A stretch of DNA of 64,000 bases from Vulcanimicrobiota bacterium (GTDB taxonomy: Bacteria; Vulcanimicrobiota; Vulcanimicrobiia; Vulcanimicrobiales; Vulcanimicrobiaceae). The stretch lies in contig CAWAXX010000014.1 of the NCBI GenBank assembly GCA_963786105.1, positions 241,482 through 305,481 on the forward strand, read 5' to 3'. Position 1 is the stretch's first letter; the number at the start of each line of letters is the position of its first letter. The notes under the pieces are model-generated. The model searched no databases and was not told the DNA's origin. It saw only the letters and a list, made by a program, of their open reading frames with translations. A program made the position numbers and the translations under genes. Shown piece by piece: positions 18,862 to 29,453 of the stretch.

Positions 18862-20394
18862 TTGAGCTTGCGTCTTCTATTGTCGCGCGCGCCGGTTGCG
18901 GTCGGCCTCGCGCTGCTCGTCGGCCTTCCGCGGCCGGCCCCCGCGGCAACCCCGCCGCCGATACCGCCACTCACCCCCGATGCCGTCACCCGTCATTCCG
19001 TCGTGCTGGGCGGCCGCAGCTTTGGCTACTCGGCTCGCGCCGGAACGATCACGTTGCGCAACGGCGACGATCAACCCACCGCGCGGATATTCTACACCGC
19101 CTACACGCTGGACGGTTCCGACCCGGCGCATCGAGCGGTGACCTTTCTGTATAACGGCGGCCCCGGCAGTTCCACCATTTGGCTGCGGATGGGATCGTTC
19201 GGGCCGGTGAGGGTCGGCGCCGGCGATGCGAGATCCACTCCCGGACCGCCCTATCGGCTCCTCGACAACGGTTACAGCTTGCTCGACAAGAGCGACCTCG
19301 TCTTCATCGACATGCCCGGGAGCGGCTACGGGCGCATCATCGGTGCGGGGAAACCCAAGGACTTCTGGGGCGTCGACCAAGACGCCGACGCGTTCGCGCA
19401 GTTTATCCAGCGCTATTTGACGAATTTCAATCGCTGGAACTCACCGAAGTTTCTTTTCGGCGAGTCGTACGGCACGACGCGCTCGGCGGTACTCTCGGGC
19501 GTTCTCGCCACGCGCGGCATCGCCCTCAACGGGATCGTGTTGCTGTCGTCGTTTCTCAACCCCGCGCTGGACTACAACGACGGTGCGCCGATCGGCGGCG
19601 GCGATTGGGCGTACGTGCTCTATTTGCCGACCGAAACGGCGACGGCTTGGTATCATCACGCCATCCCCGGCGCACCGGGGCTGCCGGGATTGTTGGCACA
19701 GACCGAACGATTCGCACTCGGAGAGTATCTCGACGGACTGGCCGCAGGTTCGCAACTCGCGCCCGATCGCTTCAACGACATCGTGGCGAAGCTGCACCGC
19801 TACACGGGTCTGTCGGAGCGCTACATCCGCAACTCCAACTTGCGCATTTCCTACGACCACTTTCAAAACGAACTGGCCCGTCAGCGCGGGATCACCGTCG
19901 GACGGCTCGATGGCCGCTACCAGACCTACGTCCTCGATAGGCCCGAAGTCTCGCCCGATTGGGACGCTACCGACTCGGCGATCGATGCGGCCTTCGTTGC
20001 GACCGGTAACCAGTACATGCGCCAGGTCTTGAAGTACGATACGCCGCTGCTGTATCGTTCGCAAATCTACGATCTCATCTATGCCGGCGACAATAGCTGG
20101 GACTTCAAGCATGGCAACGACCCGCAAACCTTCAACGTCGCTCCCGATCTGGCGCAGACGATGACCTACAATCCGCGTTTAAAGATTTTTTCGGCGAACG
20201 GTTACTTCGACTTTGCCACTCCGTTTTTCGCGACGCAATACGTTTTGAGTCACCTCTATATTGCGCCGGCGCTGCAGAAGAATATCACGTATGGATTCTA
20301 CGAATCGGGACACATGGTGTATCTGCACCCGGATGCCCTTGCGAAGTTCCACGCGGATTTGGAACGCTGGTACGCCACGGTGTTGGGACAATAA
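18862..20394 (+). CDS. Secreted serine carboxypeptidase (peptidase S10 family)
   Basis: FLYNGGPGSS, FGESYGTTR nucleophile, GYFDFATP, YESGHMVY; signal peptide after GGAGGT RBS (TTG 18862 or 18868). Confidence 0.9.
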   Translation: MSLRLLLSRAPVAVGLALLVGLPRPAPAATPPPIPPLTPDAVTRHSVVLGGRSFGYSARAGTITLRNGDDQPTARIFYTAYTLDGSDPAHRAVTFLYNGGPGSSTIWLRMGSFGPVRVGAGDARSTPGPPYRLLDNGYSLLDKSDLVFIDMPGSGYGRIIGAGKPKDFWGVDQDADAFAQFIQRYLTNFNRWNSPKFLFGESYGTTRSAVLSGVLATRGIALNGIVLLSSFLNPALDYNDGAPIGGGDWAYVLYLPTETATAWYHHAIPGAPGLPGLLAQTERFALGEYLDGLAAGSQLAPDRFNDIVAKLHRYTGLSERYIRNSNLRISYDHFQNELARQRGITVGRLDGRYQTYVLDRPEVSPDWDATDSAIDAAFVATGNQYMRQVLKYDTPLLYRSQIYDLIYAGDNSWDFKHGNDPQTFNVAPDLAQTMTYNPRLKIFSANGYFDFATPFFATQYVLSHLYIAPALQKNITYGFYESGHMVYLHPDALAKFHADLERWYATVLGQ

Positions 20395-21953
20395 TGCAGG
20401 AAAAGAAACACGTGAAAACGATCCGACGTTCGCTTGTGATTTTGGCCGCCGCCTCTGCGTTTGCGGCTGCCGGCACGCACGCGCTGCCCGCTGCCCCGGC
20501 CCATCCCGCCGCCTCACCTCCGCCGGCCCCCGCGGCTGCCGACGCCGTGTCCCAACAATCGCTCGCCCTGAACGGCCGCACGTATCCGTACACCGCACGC
20601 GCGGGAACGATCGTTCTCGAAAATCAGCAGGGCCAGCCGGACTGCCGGATGTTCTTTACGGCGTTCACCCTCGACGGCGTCGATTCGCGAACGCGGCCGG
20701 TCACCTTCCTCTATAACGGCGGCCCGGGCAGTTCGACGGTTTGGCTGCGCATGGGTTCGTTTGGGCCGACGCGCGTCGCGGCCGGAGACGCTGCCGCGAG
20801 CGTCAACGCCCCATTTCATCTTGTCGAGAACCAGTACAGTTTGCTCGATGCGACCGACCTCGTGTTCGTCGATGCGCCGGGAACCGGATTCAGCCGCATC
20901 GTCGACCCGGGGAAACCGGATCAGTTCTACGGCGTCGATCAGGACATGCGCGCGTTCACCCAATTCGTTTCGCGCTACGTCAGCACGTACGGCCGCTGGA
21001 ATTCGCCGAAGTTTCTCTTTGGCGAATCGTACGGGACGCCCCGTACGGCCGCGCTGGTCGACAACTTACAGAAGCAGGGCGTAGGCATAAACGGCGTGGT
21101 GCTGTTATCGTCGATTCTCGACTTCAACCTGGACTGGGACGTCAACTTCACGCCGGTCGCCATCGGCGGCAGCGATTGGGCGTTCCCGCTGTATCTGCCG
21201 ACCGAAGCCGCCTCGTCGTGGTATCATAACGTGCTTCCCGGTCCGCAGACGACGCTGCAGAACTTATTGCCGCAGGTCGAGCAGTTCGCCATGGGCGAGT
21301 ATCTCAACGCCCTAGCGCAAGGCGCCAATCTCCCGCCTTCCACCTACGACGACGTCGTAGCAAAGTTACACCAGTATACTGGGCTTTCGGCACAGTACAT
21401 TCGTCTTTCGAATCTCCGCATTCCATACTGGCGCTACATGACCGAGCTGATGCGCGATAGCGGGCAGACGATCGGCAGACTTGACGCGCGCTACACTTCG
21501 TACGCGCTCGATCGCATTGCGGATCGTCCGCAGTTCGACCCGACGGACTCCGCAATCGATGCGGCGTACGTCGGTGCGGGAAACTACTACGTACGGCAGT
21601 TGCTGCACTACAATACGACGTTGGAGTATCTTCCGCTGGTGGTTTCGGTGAATCGTCAGTGGGATTGGAAGCACAACGGGAATCTGCCGACCAATACCGC
21701 GCAGGATCTCGCCGAGGCGATGACCTTCAATCCTGGGCTGCGCGTGTTCTCGGCAAGCGGGTACTACGACATGGCGACCCCGTTTTACGCGACCGTATAC
21801 ACCCTCAATCATCTCAACCTCGCGCCGCCGCTGCGAAACAACATTACGTACGGCTACTACGAGTCCGGCCACATGGTGTACTTGCACCCCGAAGCGCTCG
21901 CCCAGTTCCACAACGATCTGGAGCGCTGGTACGCCGAAGTCTTACGGCGCTAA
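20394..21953 (+). CDS. Secreted serine carboxypeptidase (peptidase S10 family), tandem paralog
   Basis: FLYNGGPGSS, FGESYGTPR, GYYDMATP, YESGHMVY; TAATG stop/start overlap (alternative start GTG 20412). Confidence 0.9.
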   Translation: MQEKKHVKTIRRSLVILAAASAFAAAGTHALPAAPAHPAASPPPAPAAADAVSQQSLALNGRTYPYTARAGTIVLENQQGQPDCRMFFTAFTLDGVDSRTRPVTFLYNGGPGSSTVWLRMGSFGPTRVAAGDAAASVNAPFHLVENQYSLLDATDLVFVDAPGTGFSRIVDPGKPDQFYGVDQDMRAFTQFVSRYVSTYGRWNSPKFLFGESYGTPRTAALVDNLQKQGVGINGVVLLSSILDFNLDWDVNFTPVAIGGSDWAFPLYLPTEAASSWYHNVLPGPQTTLQNLLPQVEQFAMGEYLNALAQGANLPPSTYDDVVAKLHQYTGLSAQYIRLSNLRIPYWRYMTELMRDSGQTIGRLDARYTSYALDRIADRPQFDPTDSAIDAAYVGAGNYYVRQLLHYNTTLEYLPLVVSVNRQWDWKHNGNLPTNTAQDLAEAMTFNPGLRVFSASGYYDMATPFYATVYTLNHLNLAPPLRNNITYGYYESGHMVYLHPEALAQFHNDLERWYAEVLRR

Positions 21954-24900
21954 CTGGAGTCCTTCGAGGCCCGCTAGCGTCTTTGCGTAGATCGCCTCCA
22001 GTTTCTTGTACGCGCCGCGCATATCGGGCGTCGGGGCGGCGTCGCCGCTCTCGACGGCGCTTTCGAGATACTCCAGCGCGCCTTGCAGGTAAAGCAGGCT
22101 GGTAAAATCGCGCGAATACGCGCCGACGGAGTCGTCGGGGTTGTCCGGCGGATTTTCGCCGATGATGTCGACGCGCAGCGTGCGCGCCTTGGCCGCCGGC
22201 AGCGAATCGCGTGCGATCTTCTGTGCGCGCGTTCGAGCATCGGTAACGCGCGCGCGCAGCGTCTCGATTGCCGTTGCGAGATCGAACTGGGCCCGCAAGT
22301 CGGCATCGCTTGCGGCAATGCGCGGATCCCGCAGCACTCGCAGCGCGCCCGAATAGGTCTTGCCGTTGACGCTCAAGCGCACCGTATAGGTCCCGGGCGG
22401 CGCCAGCGGACCGTCTTCGTCTTTGGCGTGGAAGTTCCAAACGAAACGATGCGCGCCGGGATCGGCCGACGGTAGTGTGGGAGCGGCGATCCACGAAGGT
22501 ACCACCGTCAGCTTTTTAGGATCGATCGCGACCGGTTTATCGGAGCTCGACCAACGGCGAAGCCGGCTGCCGTCGGCGGCGAGGATTTCGACAACGACCG
22601 GCGTTCGTGCGGCCGTCGCGAGATAGTAATTGACGTTCGCGCCGGTATCCGGATTGGCGGCCGATGGCTCGTCGCGCGGCAGCGGCGTTCCCTCGTCGTT
22701 GCCCGGGCGCAACCGGTACGTCGCGGTAGGAGCGAACAGGTAGTCTCCGCCGGCGGCGATCGCATCGGCGAATTGCCGAAGCGGCGCTACGTCGTCCATC
22801 ACCCAAAAGGCGCGGCCGTGGGTGGCAATCGCGAGATCGTTCCCATGCACGGCGATATCGCGCACCGACGATACCGGAAGATTGCGCTGCAACGGCTGCC
22901 AGCGCCCGCCGTCGTCGAACGAGACGTACACGCCCTTTTCCGTTCCCGCATAGAGTAAACCGCGGCGCTGCGGATCTTCGCGCACGACGTTAACGAACGA
23001 GCCGTCGGGAATGCCGGCGGCGATCGGCGTCCAGGTGATACCGTCGTCGCCGGTACGATAAATATGAGCCGAATAATCCTCGAGACGATGCCGGTCGATG
23101 GCCGCATAGGCGACGTGCGAATCGAAGTGCGACGCTTCGACGGTCCCGACTTTGCTCCAGGGGGTAAGTTCCGGCGGCGTTACGTTGCGCCAATGTGCGG
23201 TCCCGTCGCGCGTTAGCCAAAGGTACCCGTCGTCGGTCCCCGCCCAAATCACGCCGGCTCGCAGCGGCGACGGCGCGATGGAATACACGACGCCGTGCCG
23301 CTGGAGTCCGGCATTGTCGGCGAGGGTTGCAGTATCGAGATTCGGCGGAGTTCCCTCGTTCGAGCGGCTCAGATCGGGGCTGACGATCGCCCAGGTCTTC
23401 CCACCGTCGCGCGAGCGGAAAATCTTTTGATGGCTGGTGTAGAGCGCGCTCGGATCTGCCGGGGAAAAGACGATCGGCAGCGTCCACGTGTTGCGCCAAG
23501 TCGTTCCGGGATAGTTGAGCGTGGGATCGACGTTGAGTTCCCAGCCGGTATCGACGCGTTCGGCGGTCACGCTTGCGCCATAGACAAGGTCGGGATGTTT
23601 CGCATCCGGCGCGATCGAGCCGCTCTCCCCTCCGACGTCGAGCGGATGAAAATCCCAGCTTGAAATGCCGGCGTACCTGCTGCGGCTTGGTACGGCGGCC
23701 GACCCTGAATCCTGTTGCGCGCCGTACACCCAATATGGAAACCGCTCGTCGGTCGCGATGTGATAAAACTGCCCGGTGGGCTGGTTGTACCACGAGCTCC
23801 ACGTCGCGCCGTTGTCGACGGTAACGACGACGCCTTGGTCGCTCCCGAGAATCATGCGTGTCGGGTCGTTCGGTTCGATCCAAAGCGTGTGATAGTCGTC
23901 GCCGCCCGGCGCACCTTTCACGGCGTCGAAACTCTTGCCGCCGTCGGTGGAGCGATACGTCGACGTGTTCATAACGTAGACGACGTCGGGATTCTTTGGA
24001 TCGACGGTAATGCCGCCGAAGTACCAGCCGCGCCGCCAGATGCGCGTTTCGCCGTCGGTGCGCGTCCAGGTCGCGCCGGCGTCGTCGGAGCGATACGCAC
24101 CACCGTGCGCGGAGTCCGAGTCGACGAGCGCGTAGACGCGCGACGCTTTCGATGGCGACACCGCGATGCCGACGTGTCCCACGTTCGCCGGCAGACCGTT
24201 CGTTAAATGAGTCCAGGTCGTGCCGGCATCGGTGGATTTGTATACGCCGCTGCCGGGCTCGTTCGACGGAGGATACACGTTCCACGGCGGTCGCCGCGTT
24301 GCCCAGAGCGTTGCGTAGATTACGTTTGGGGCGCTTGGGTCGAGGCTGAGATCGATGGCGCCCGTGTCGGGGTCCTTGTAGAGTACTTTGCTCCACGTCC
24401 GGCCGCCATCCGTAGTTTTGAAGACGCCGCGTTCGGCGTTGGGACCGTATTGGTGTCCGAGGGCCGCGACGTACGCGACGTTGGCGTCACGTGGGTCGAC
24501 GACGATGCTGCCGATTTGGCGAGAGTCGTCGAGACCCATGTGGGTCCAGGTTTTGCCGCCGTCGCTGGATTTGTACACGCCGTTACCGTAGGCGATATCG
24601 GAGCGCATGTCGGCCTCGCCGGTACCGACGTAGATCGTTTGCGGGTTGCTCGGCGCAACCGCGATGGCGCCAATCGAACCAATGGGCTCGGCATCGAAGA
24701 CCGGGTTCCAGGTGCGGCCGGCGTTGAGGGTTTCCCACACGCCGCCGTCAACGGCACCGAAATAGAATCGATCGGGTTGCCCCGGCACGCCCGAAACGGC
24801 GAGCGCGCGACCGCCGCGAAACGGTCCGATCAGGCGCCAGCGCAAACCTCCGAAATACGTCGCGTCGACGTGCGCTAGGCTATTTTCAGACGCGTGGACC

Positions 24901-24962
24901 GCTACCGTCCACGACGGCACGAGCAGAACGAAGGCAAGGGAGTAGCTCAGCAGACGGTGCAT
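21942..24962 (-). CDS. Secreted VPS10/BNR-repeat beta-propeller (glycosyl hydrolase-like) protein
   Basis: WRLIGPFRGGR, repeated KSxDGGxTW Asp-boxes, QPTGQFYH, ATHGRAFW; signal peptide. Confidence 0.85.
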   Translation of the reverse strand: MHRLLSYSLAFVLLVPSWTVAVHASENSLAHVDATYFGGLRWRLIGPFRGGRALAVSGVPGQPDRFYFGAVDGGVWETLNAGRTWNPVFDAEPIGSIGAIAVAPSNPQTIYVGTGEADMRSDIAYGNGVYKSSDGGKTWTHMGLDDSRQIGSIVVDPRDANVAYVAALGHQYGPNAERGVFKTTDGGRTWSKVLYKDPDTGAIDLSLDPSAPNVIYATLWATRRPPWNVYPPSNEPGSGVYKSTDAGTTWTHLTNGLPANVGHVGIAVSPSKASRVYALVDSDSAHGGAYRSDDAGATWTRTDGETRIWRRGWYFGGITVDPKNPDVVYVMNTSTYRSTDGGKSFDAVKGAPGGDDYHTLWIEPNDPTRMILGSDQGVVVTVDNGATWSSWYNQPTGQFYHIATDERFPYWVYGAQQDSGSAAVPSRSRYAGISSWDFHPLDVGGESGSIAPDAKHPDLVYGASVTAERVDTGWELNVDPTLNYPGTTWRNTWTLPIVFSPADPSALYTSHQKIFRSRDGGKTWAIVSPDLSRSNEGTPPNLDTATLADNAGLQRHGVVYSIAPSPLRAGVIWAGTDDGYLWLTRDGTAHWRNVTPPELTPWSKVGTVEASHFDSHVAYAAIDRHRLEDYSAHIYRTGDDGITWTPIAAGIPDGSFVNVVREDPQRRGLLYAGTEKGVYVSFDDGGRWQPLQRNLPVSSVRDIAVHGNDLAIATHGRAFWVMDDVAPLRQFADAIAAGGDYLFAPTATYRLRPGNDEGTPLPRDEPSAANPDTGANVNYYLATAARTPVVVEILAADGSRLRRWSSSDKPVAIDPKKLTVVPSWIAAPTLPSADPGAHRFVWNFHAKDEDGPLAPPGTYTVRLSVNGKTYSGALRVLRDPRIAASDADLRAQFDLATAIETLRARVTDARTRAQKIARDSLPAAKARTLRVDIIGENPPDNPDDSVGAYSRDFTSLLYLQGALEYLESAVESGDAAPTPDMRGAYKKLEAIYAKTLAGLEGLQLAP

Positions 24963-25014
24963 GAGCGCAGCTTACTTCCTTTGCGATGCTACTCCCCTAG
25001 GCGTTCGCGAACGC

Positions 25015-25995
25015 CTACCACCCGCCGCCCGAGTCGCCACCGCCGCCGCCACCGAAGTCGCCGCCGCCGCTATCACCACCAAAGCCGCCGCCGCTCCAAT
25101 CTCCGCCGCTAGCGCCGCTGGTGTCGGCTTGGCCGGCATCGCTTTGCCATCCGCCGGCGGCGTCGCCGCCCCAGCTTCCGCCGCTATCGGGAGCCGCTGA
25201 TTGACCTGCATCGGCAGGACCGATCGCACCGCCGCGATTGCCGAACATTTCGTTGCCCAGCCAAGCGCCGCCTAAGCCTCCGAGCAATCCGCTCCAGAAG
25301 CTGCCGCCTCCGCCTCCGCCATAGCCGCCGTACGGCATTTGGCCTGGGGCACCGCCCGGCGGCATGCCGGGTGGTCCGTACCGCGGCGCCGACATCGAGC
25401 GCATTACCGAGCGCAAAATCAGAAAGCCGACGACGATGATGATGATCCACCAAAACATGGAGATATGAAACCCTCCGATTGCGGGCGAACTCGGCGCCGT
25501 TCGTAGCGTGCCTGCCGACGAAGACGTTTGGCGCAAGCTCCCCGCGTGAGCGCGATACACGTTGAGAATACCGTCGACCGCCGACGTGATCCCGGCGTCG
25601 TAGTCCTCACTGCGGAACTGCGACTCCATCGTCGTCCGGATGGATCTCAAGACGTCCGGCGTAAACCATCCGGCCGTCACGCCCGCGCGGTCCGGCACGA
25701 TGATGTCCTTGCGGTCGTCGCGCGCGATGAAGACCAACACGCCGTTGACCCGCTGTTGCGCAAACGCGCTGCTTGCTGCGTCCTGCAACGTTGCGCTGCC
25801 CAGCGAGGACACCGTCATCACGACGATCTCCTTGCCGGTTTGTGCGTTGAAGCTCCCGATGCGCGCACCGAGCGCCGACACCGTGCTTGCCGAGAACATG
25901 CCGGCTTGATCTTGCACGAAGTCGCGGGCGGCGGCCGGAAGAGCCGGAATCGCGACGGCGAGCGTGAAGGCGGCGAGCGCGAGCAGACGTTTCAT
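25015..25995 (-). CDS. TPM-domain membrane protein with Gly-rich tail
   Basis: Signal peptide, FVQDQAGMFS..TGKEIVV..GVLVFIARDDR TPM motif, one TM, GGGDFGGGGGGDSGGGW tail; ATGA overlap with gntR. Confidence 0.85.
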   Translation of the reverse strand: MKRLLALAAFTLAVAIPALPAAARDFVQDQAGMFSASTVSALGARIGSFNAQTGKEIVVMTVSSLGSATLQDAASSAFAQQRVNGVLVFIARDDRKDIIVPDRAGVTAGWFTPDVLRSIRTTMESQFRSEDYDAGITSAVDGILNVYRAHAGSLRQTSSSAGTLRTAPSSPAIGGFHISMFWWIIIIVVGFLILRSVMRSMSAPRYGPPGMPPGGAPGQMPYGGYGGGGGGSFWSGLLGGLGGAWLGNEMFGNRGGAIGPADAGQSAAPDSGGSWGGDAAGGWQSDAGQADTSGASGGDWSGGGFGGDSGGGDFGGGGGGDSGGGW

Positions 25996-26717
25996 GCGGT
26001 ACGGTTCCTCCGAGCGTTCCTACCGGGTGCCGTGTGCGAAGTTTCGCCGGGCGGTCCCTGCGACATGTCGGCGAAGTGCGCCCGGTCGTCAAAGCCGTGG
26101 AGGATATGCGCGTCGAGGAGATCGCGGGCGGCCGGAAGGTCGCGTCGTTCGACGGCCGCCAGGAAAGCCTCGTGCTCTTCAGCGAGCTCCTCGAGCCGCG
26201 CATAGCGGGCGCTGGTAACGTCGATATACAGGCGGATCTGCGCGAGCAGGCTCGCGTACGCGCGCTCCAACAGCGAATTGTCCGCCATCGCCATGATGGC
26301 GCGATGCATGGCGAGATCCTCGTCGACGATGCGCTGCCGATTCCGCGTCTTCAATGCACGCCGAAGGGCGGCGACCCGGTCGCGTAGGTCCGCCAGGTCG
26401 CGATCGCCGGCGCGTTCGATCGCGCGTTCGAGCGCGAAGTGTTCGAGCGCGAGCCGAAACTCCAGCAGCTCGAGCAGGCGACGGCGCTGTAACGGCACGA
26501 CGATTGCGCCGCGATAGGGCAGAATAGCGACCAGTCCTTCTTCGCTGAGCTTCAGCAGTGCTTCGCGCACCGGGCTGCGGCTGACGCCCAACTCGCGGGC
26601 GACGTCCAACTCGACGATTCGCGATCCCGGAGCGGCGGCGCCGGCCGCAATGCGTTCGCGCAGGACGGCGGCCACGCGAGTCGCCGTCGAGGCGCGTTCC
26701 AGCAAGCCGGCGGTCAC
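25992..26717 (-). CDS. GntR-family (FCD) transcriptional regulator
   Basis: PGSRIVELDVARELGVSRSPVREALLKL HTH; FCD domain with DLAMH/ADN/EH; GTGA overlap with the permease stop. Confidence 0.9.
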   Translation of the reverse strand: MTAGLLERASTATRVAAVLRERIAAGAAAPGSRIVELDVARELGVSRSPVREALLKLSEEGLVAILPYRGAIVVPLQRRRLLELLEFRLALEHFALERAIERAGDRDLADLRDRVAALRRALKTRNRQRIVDEDLAMHRAIMAMADNSLLERAYASLLAQIRLYIDVTSARYARLEELAEEHEAFLAAVERRDLPAARDLLDAHILHGFDDRAHFADMSQGPPGETSHTAPGRNARRNRTA

Positions 26718-28069
26718 GCGGGCGGCGTCCCGACAGCGCGCCGGCCGGCGGCGAACCACACCCATCCGGCTGCAATAAAGATCAGAAAATAGTAGACGAA
26801 CCAGCGCTGCGGGGGCGTCGGTACCGAATAAAACAGCCACACCGTAGGCACGAGCAGCAGGACCACGGCAAATGCCGAAATCGCCAGATCGATCCAACGC
26901 AGCTCTTGCTGCCGTTTAACATAGACGCCGGCGGCGATCGAGATCAGCGCGTAGATCACGATGAAGCCGAATGAACTCAGCGTGCCGCAGTTGTTGAAGA
27001 TATCGATCGGCGCGACTCGGCCAAGCAACGAAACGACGGCAACGAGCAGCGTCGTCGCCGTCACGACGGTGACCGCGACGTTGGGCGTATCGTGCTTGGG
27101 CTCGATGCGTCCGAACGCCGGCGGTAAGAGTCCCGCTACGGCCATCGCGTACGCGACGCGCCCGCCCGTCGTGATGCACGCCAGGCAGACCGAAAATGCG
27201 CTACACAGGGCGCCGATCGCAATCGGTACGCGAAGGTATCCGACGTTGAAAATATCGGCCAGGGTGCCTAGCGGAAACGTTTGCTGGTCCAGCGGCTTGG
27301 CCGCATGCGCGAGCCCGAGAATTTCGGCGTACGTGGCGACGATGAAGAAGATGCTGACGAAGACGACGCTGCCGATGACCGCGCGCGGAATCGTTACGAG
27401 CGGGTTTCTCGCTTCGCCTCCGAACGCCGTGGCGCTCTCGAAGCCGACGAAGCTGAACACCGCAAACATGATCGCCAGACCGATACCGCCGGGAAAGCCG
27501 CCTTTAAGCGTCAGTTGATTCGTATCGAGCGACGGTCCGTGCTTGACGAGGACGATCGCTACCAGCAAACAGATCACCGCAACCGAAATCGCTTCGAGAA
27601 CCAGCATGACGATCGCCGAAACCTGTACTCCTCGATAGGCCGCCTGCCACGCGACCAGCGCGATGACGGCGACGATCGCCACCGCCGGAAGCTGCAGGCC
27701 CGTTGGGCCGAGAAGAATGTTGGTGAAGAGCGCCATCGCGCCGAGGACGGCAGCCGCCACGAATCCGTACGCCCATAGCAGCGACCAACCGGCAATAGCC
27801 CCGGCCATCGTCCCCAAATTTTCTGAAACGTAGACGTACATCGAACCGGCCGAGCTCGAGCGGCGCGCGAACTGATTGATGTTGAGGGCCACGAAGACCA
27901 GCATAGTGCCGCCGAACGCGTACGCGAGCCACGTACCGTTTCCGGCGTTGGCAAACATGTACGGAGCGATCAGGATCGGCGTCATGCTCGGACCGATCAG
28001 CGCCACCGAGGTCGCCAGCACCTCGAGGAAGGTGAGCGAACCGGACCGCAAAACCGGCGCTTCGGTCAT
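26714..28069 (-). CDS. APC-family amino acid/polyamine permease
   Basis: About 12 TM helices, SAGSMYVY, FSFVGFESATAFGGEARNP; start MTEAPV at 28069 (ATGA overlap); the upstream ORF-track extension is spurious. Confidence 0.9.
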   Translation of the reverse strand: MTEAPVLRSGSLTFLEVLATSVALIGPSMTPILIAPYMFANAGNGTWLAYAFGGTMLVFVALNINQFARRSSSAGSMYVYVSENLGTMAGAIAGWSLLWAYGFVAAAVLGAMALFTNILLGPTGLQLPAVAIVAVIALVAWQAAYRGVQVSAIVMLVLEAISVAVICLLVAIVLVKHGPSLDTNQLTLKGGFPGGIGLAIMFAVFSFVGFESATAFGGEARNPLVTIPRAVIGSVVFVSIFFIVATYAEILGLAHAAKPLDQQTFPLGTLADIFNVGYLRVPIAIGALCSAFSVCLACITTGGRVAYAMAVAGLLPPAFGRIEPKHDTPNVAVTVVTATTLLVAVVSLLGRVAPIDIFNNCGTLSSFGFIVIYALISIAAGVYVKRQQELRWIDLAISAFAVVLLLVPTVWLFYSVPTPPQRWFVYYFLIFIAAGWVWFAAGRRAVGTPPA

Positions 28070-29451
28070 CGCGGCCAACGACTGATGACCACGCGCTGCT
28101 GGGTGTAGAATGCCACGGCATCCTTTCCGTGACAACGCAGGTCCCCGAAGATCGAATCTTTCACGCCGCCGAACGGAAAGAACGCCATCGGGGCGGCGAC
28201 TCCGACGTTGATGCCTACCATTCCGACCGCAACGCGCGCCGCGAAGGTGCGCGCGGCTGCACCGTCGGCGGTAAAAATGGATGACGCGTTGCCGTAGCGC
28301 GAGGAGTTGGCCACGGCTAACGCCTCGTCCAGCGATGCGACGCGCACGACCGCGAGTACCGGTCCGAAAATCTCGTCGCGCGCGAGTTCGCCGGCGGGGT
28401 CGACGCGATCGAAGATTGCCGGCGAAGCGAACGAACCGCCCGCCGGAACCGCGCGGGGTTCGAGCACCAGGCGCGCGCCGGCCGCACTCGCGCGGCGGAC
28501 GTAACCTTCGATGCGCGCGATCGCTTCGTCGTTGACGACCGGCCCCATGTCCACCGTGGCATCGACGCCGCGGCCCAGGCGGAGATTGGCGGCGGCTTCG
28601 ACCAGCATCGGGACGATGCGGTCGCCGGCGTCGCCGACCGCAATCAGCACCGACCCCGCCAAACAGCGTTGCCCGGCTCCGCCGAACGCCGACGCCATCA
28701 CCGCGCCGACCGTCGAAGCGTTTACGGCATCGGGCATCACGACGAGATAGTTCTTCGCACCACCTAGCGCCTGAACGCGCTTGTGCGCCCGAACGGCGCG
28801 CTCTTGAACGCTGCGTGCGACCTTCGACGACCCGACGAACGACACGGCGGCGACGTCCGGATGCTCGATCAACGCTTCGACCGTCTCGGCACCGCCGTGA
28901 ACGACGGCGAAGATGCCCTCGGGGAAGCCGCAACCTGCAGCGATTTCGGCGATCAACTCCGACGTGAGCGGCGTCTGCGGCGATGGTTTGAGGACGAACG
29001 TGTTGCCGGCGGCCAGGGCGATGGGGACCATCCACAACGGGATCATGGCGGGAAAATTAAACGGAGTGATGCCGGTGCAAACGCCGAGCGGATAGCGCAC
29101 CGACGTCGAATCGATGCCGCGCGCGACGTCGGCGAGCGCGTCGCCCATCATCAGTGACGGCATGCCGCACGCGAACTCAACCGCTTCGATGCCTCGCCGC
29201 ACTTCGCCGCGAGCGTCGGCGATCGTTTTGCCGTTTTCGCGCGAAACCGACCTTGCCAAATCTTCGAACCGACGCTCGAGCGCATCGGCAAATCGAAACA
29301 TGTAGCGAGCGCGTTCGACCACCGGAACGGCCGACCACGACGGAAATGCTTCGCCGGCCGCGCGAACCGCGCGGTCGACGCTTGCGCCGTCGCTGGCCGG
29401 CACGCGGCCGATGACCTCGCGAGTTGCCGGGTCGAGAACCGGAACTTCCAC
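28066..29451 (-). CDS. mmsA: CoA-acylating (methyl)malonate-semialdehyde dehydrogenase
   Basis: ITPFNFPAMIPLWM, SFVGSS, KRVQALGGAKNY, AFGGAGQRCLA, GMVGINVGVAAPMAFFPFGG; GTG start 29451. Confidence 0.88.
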   Translation of the reverse strand: MEVPVLDPATREVIGRVPASDGASVDRAVRAAGEAFPSWSAVPVVERARYMFRFADALERRFEDLARSVSRENGKTIADARGEVRRGIEAVEFACGMPSLMMGDALADVARGIDSTSVRYPLGVCTGITPFNFPAMIPLWMVPIALAAGNTFVLKPSPQTPLTSELIAEIAAGCGFPEGIFAVVHGGAETVEALIEHPDVAAVSFVGSSKVARSVQERAVRAHKRVQALGGAKNYLVVMPDAVNASTVGAVMASAFGGAGQRCLAGSVLIAVGDAGDRIVPMLVEAAANLRLGRGVDATVDMGPVVNDEAIARIEGYVRRASAAGARLVLEPRAVPAGGSFASPAIFDRVDPAGELARDEIFGPVLAVVRVASLDEALAVANSSRYGNASSIFTADGAAARTFAARVAVGMVGINVGVAAPMAFFPFGGVKDSIFGDLRCHGKDAVAFYTQQRVVISRWPR

Positions 29452-29453
29452 GG

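Noticed and set aside
25015..25400. GCC/CCG-rich low-complexity tract as a DNA repeat element
   Set aside because: Explained by the Gly-rich tail typical of TPM-domain proteins
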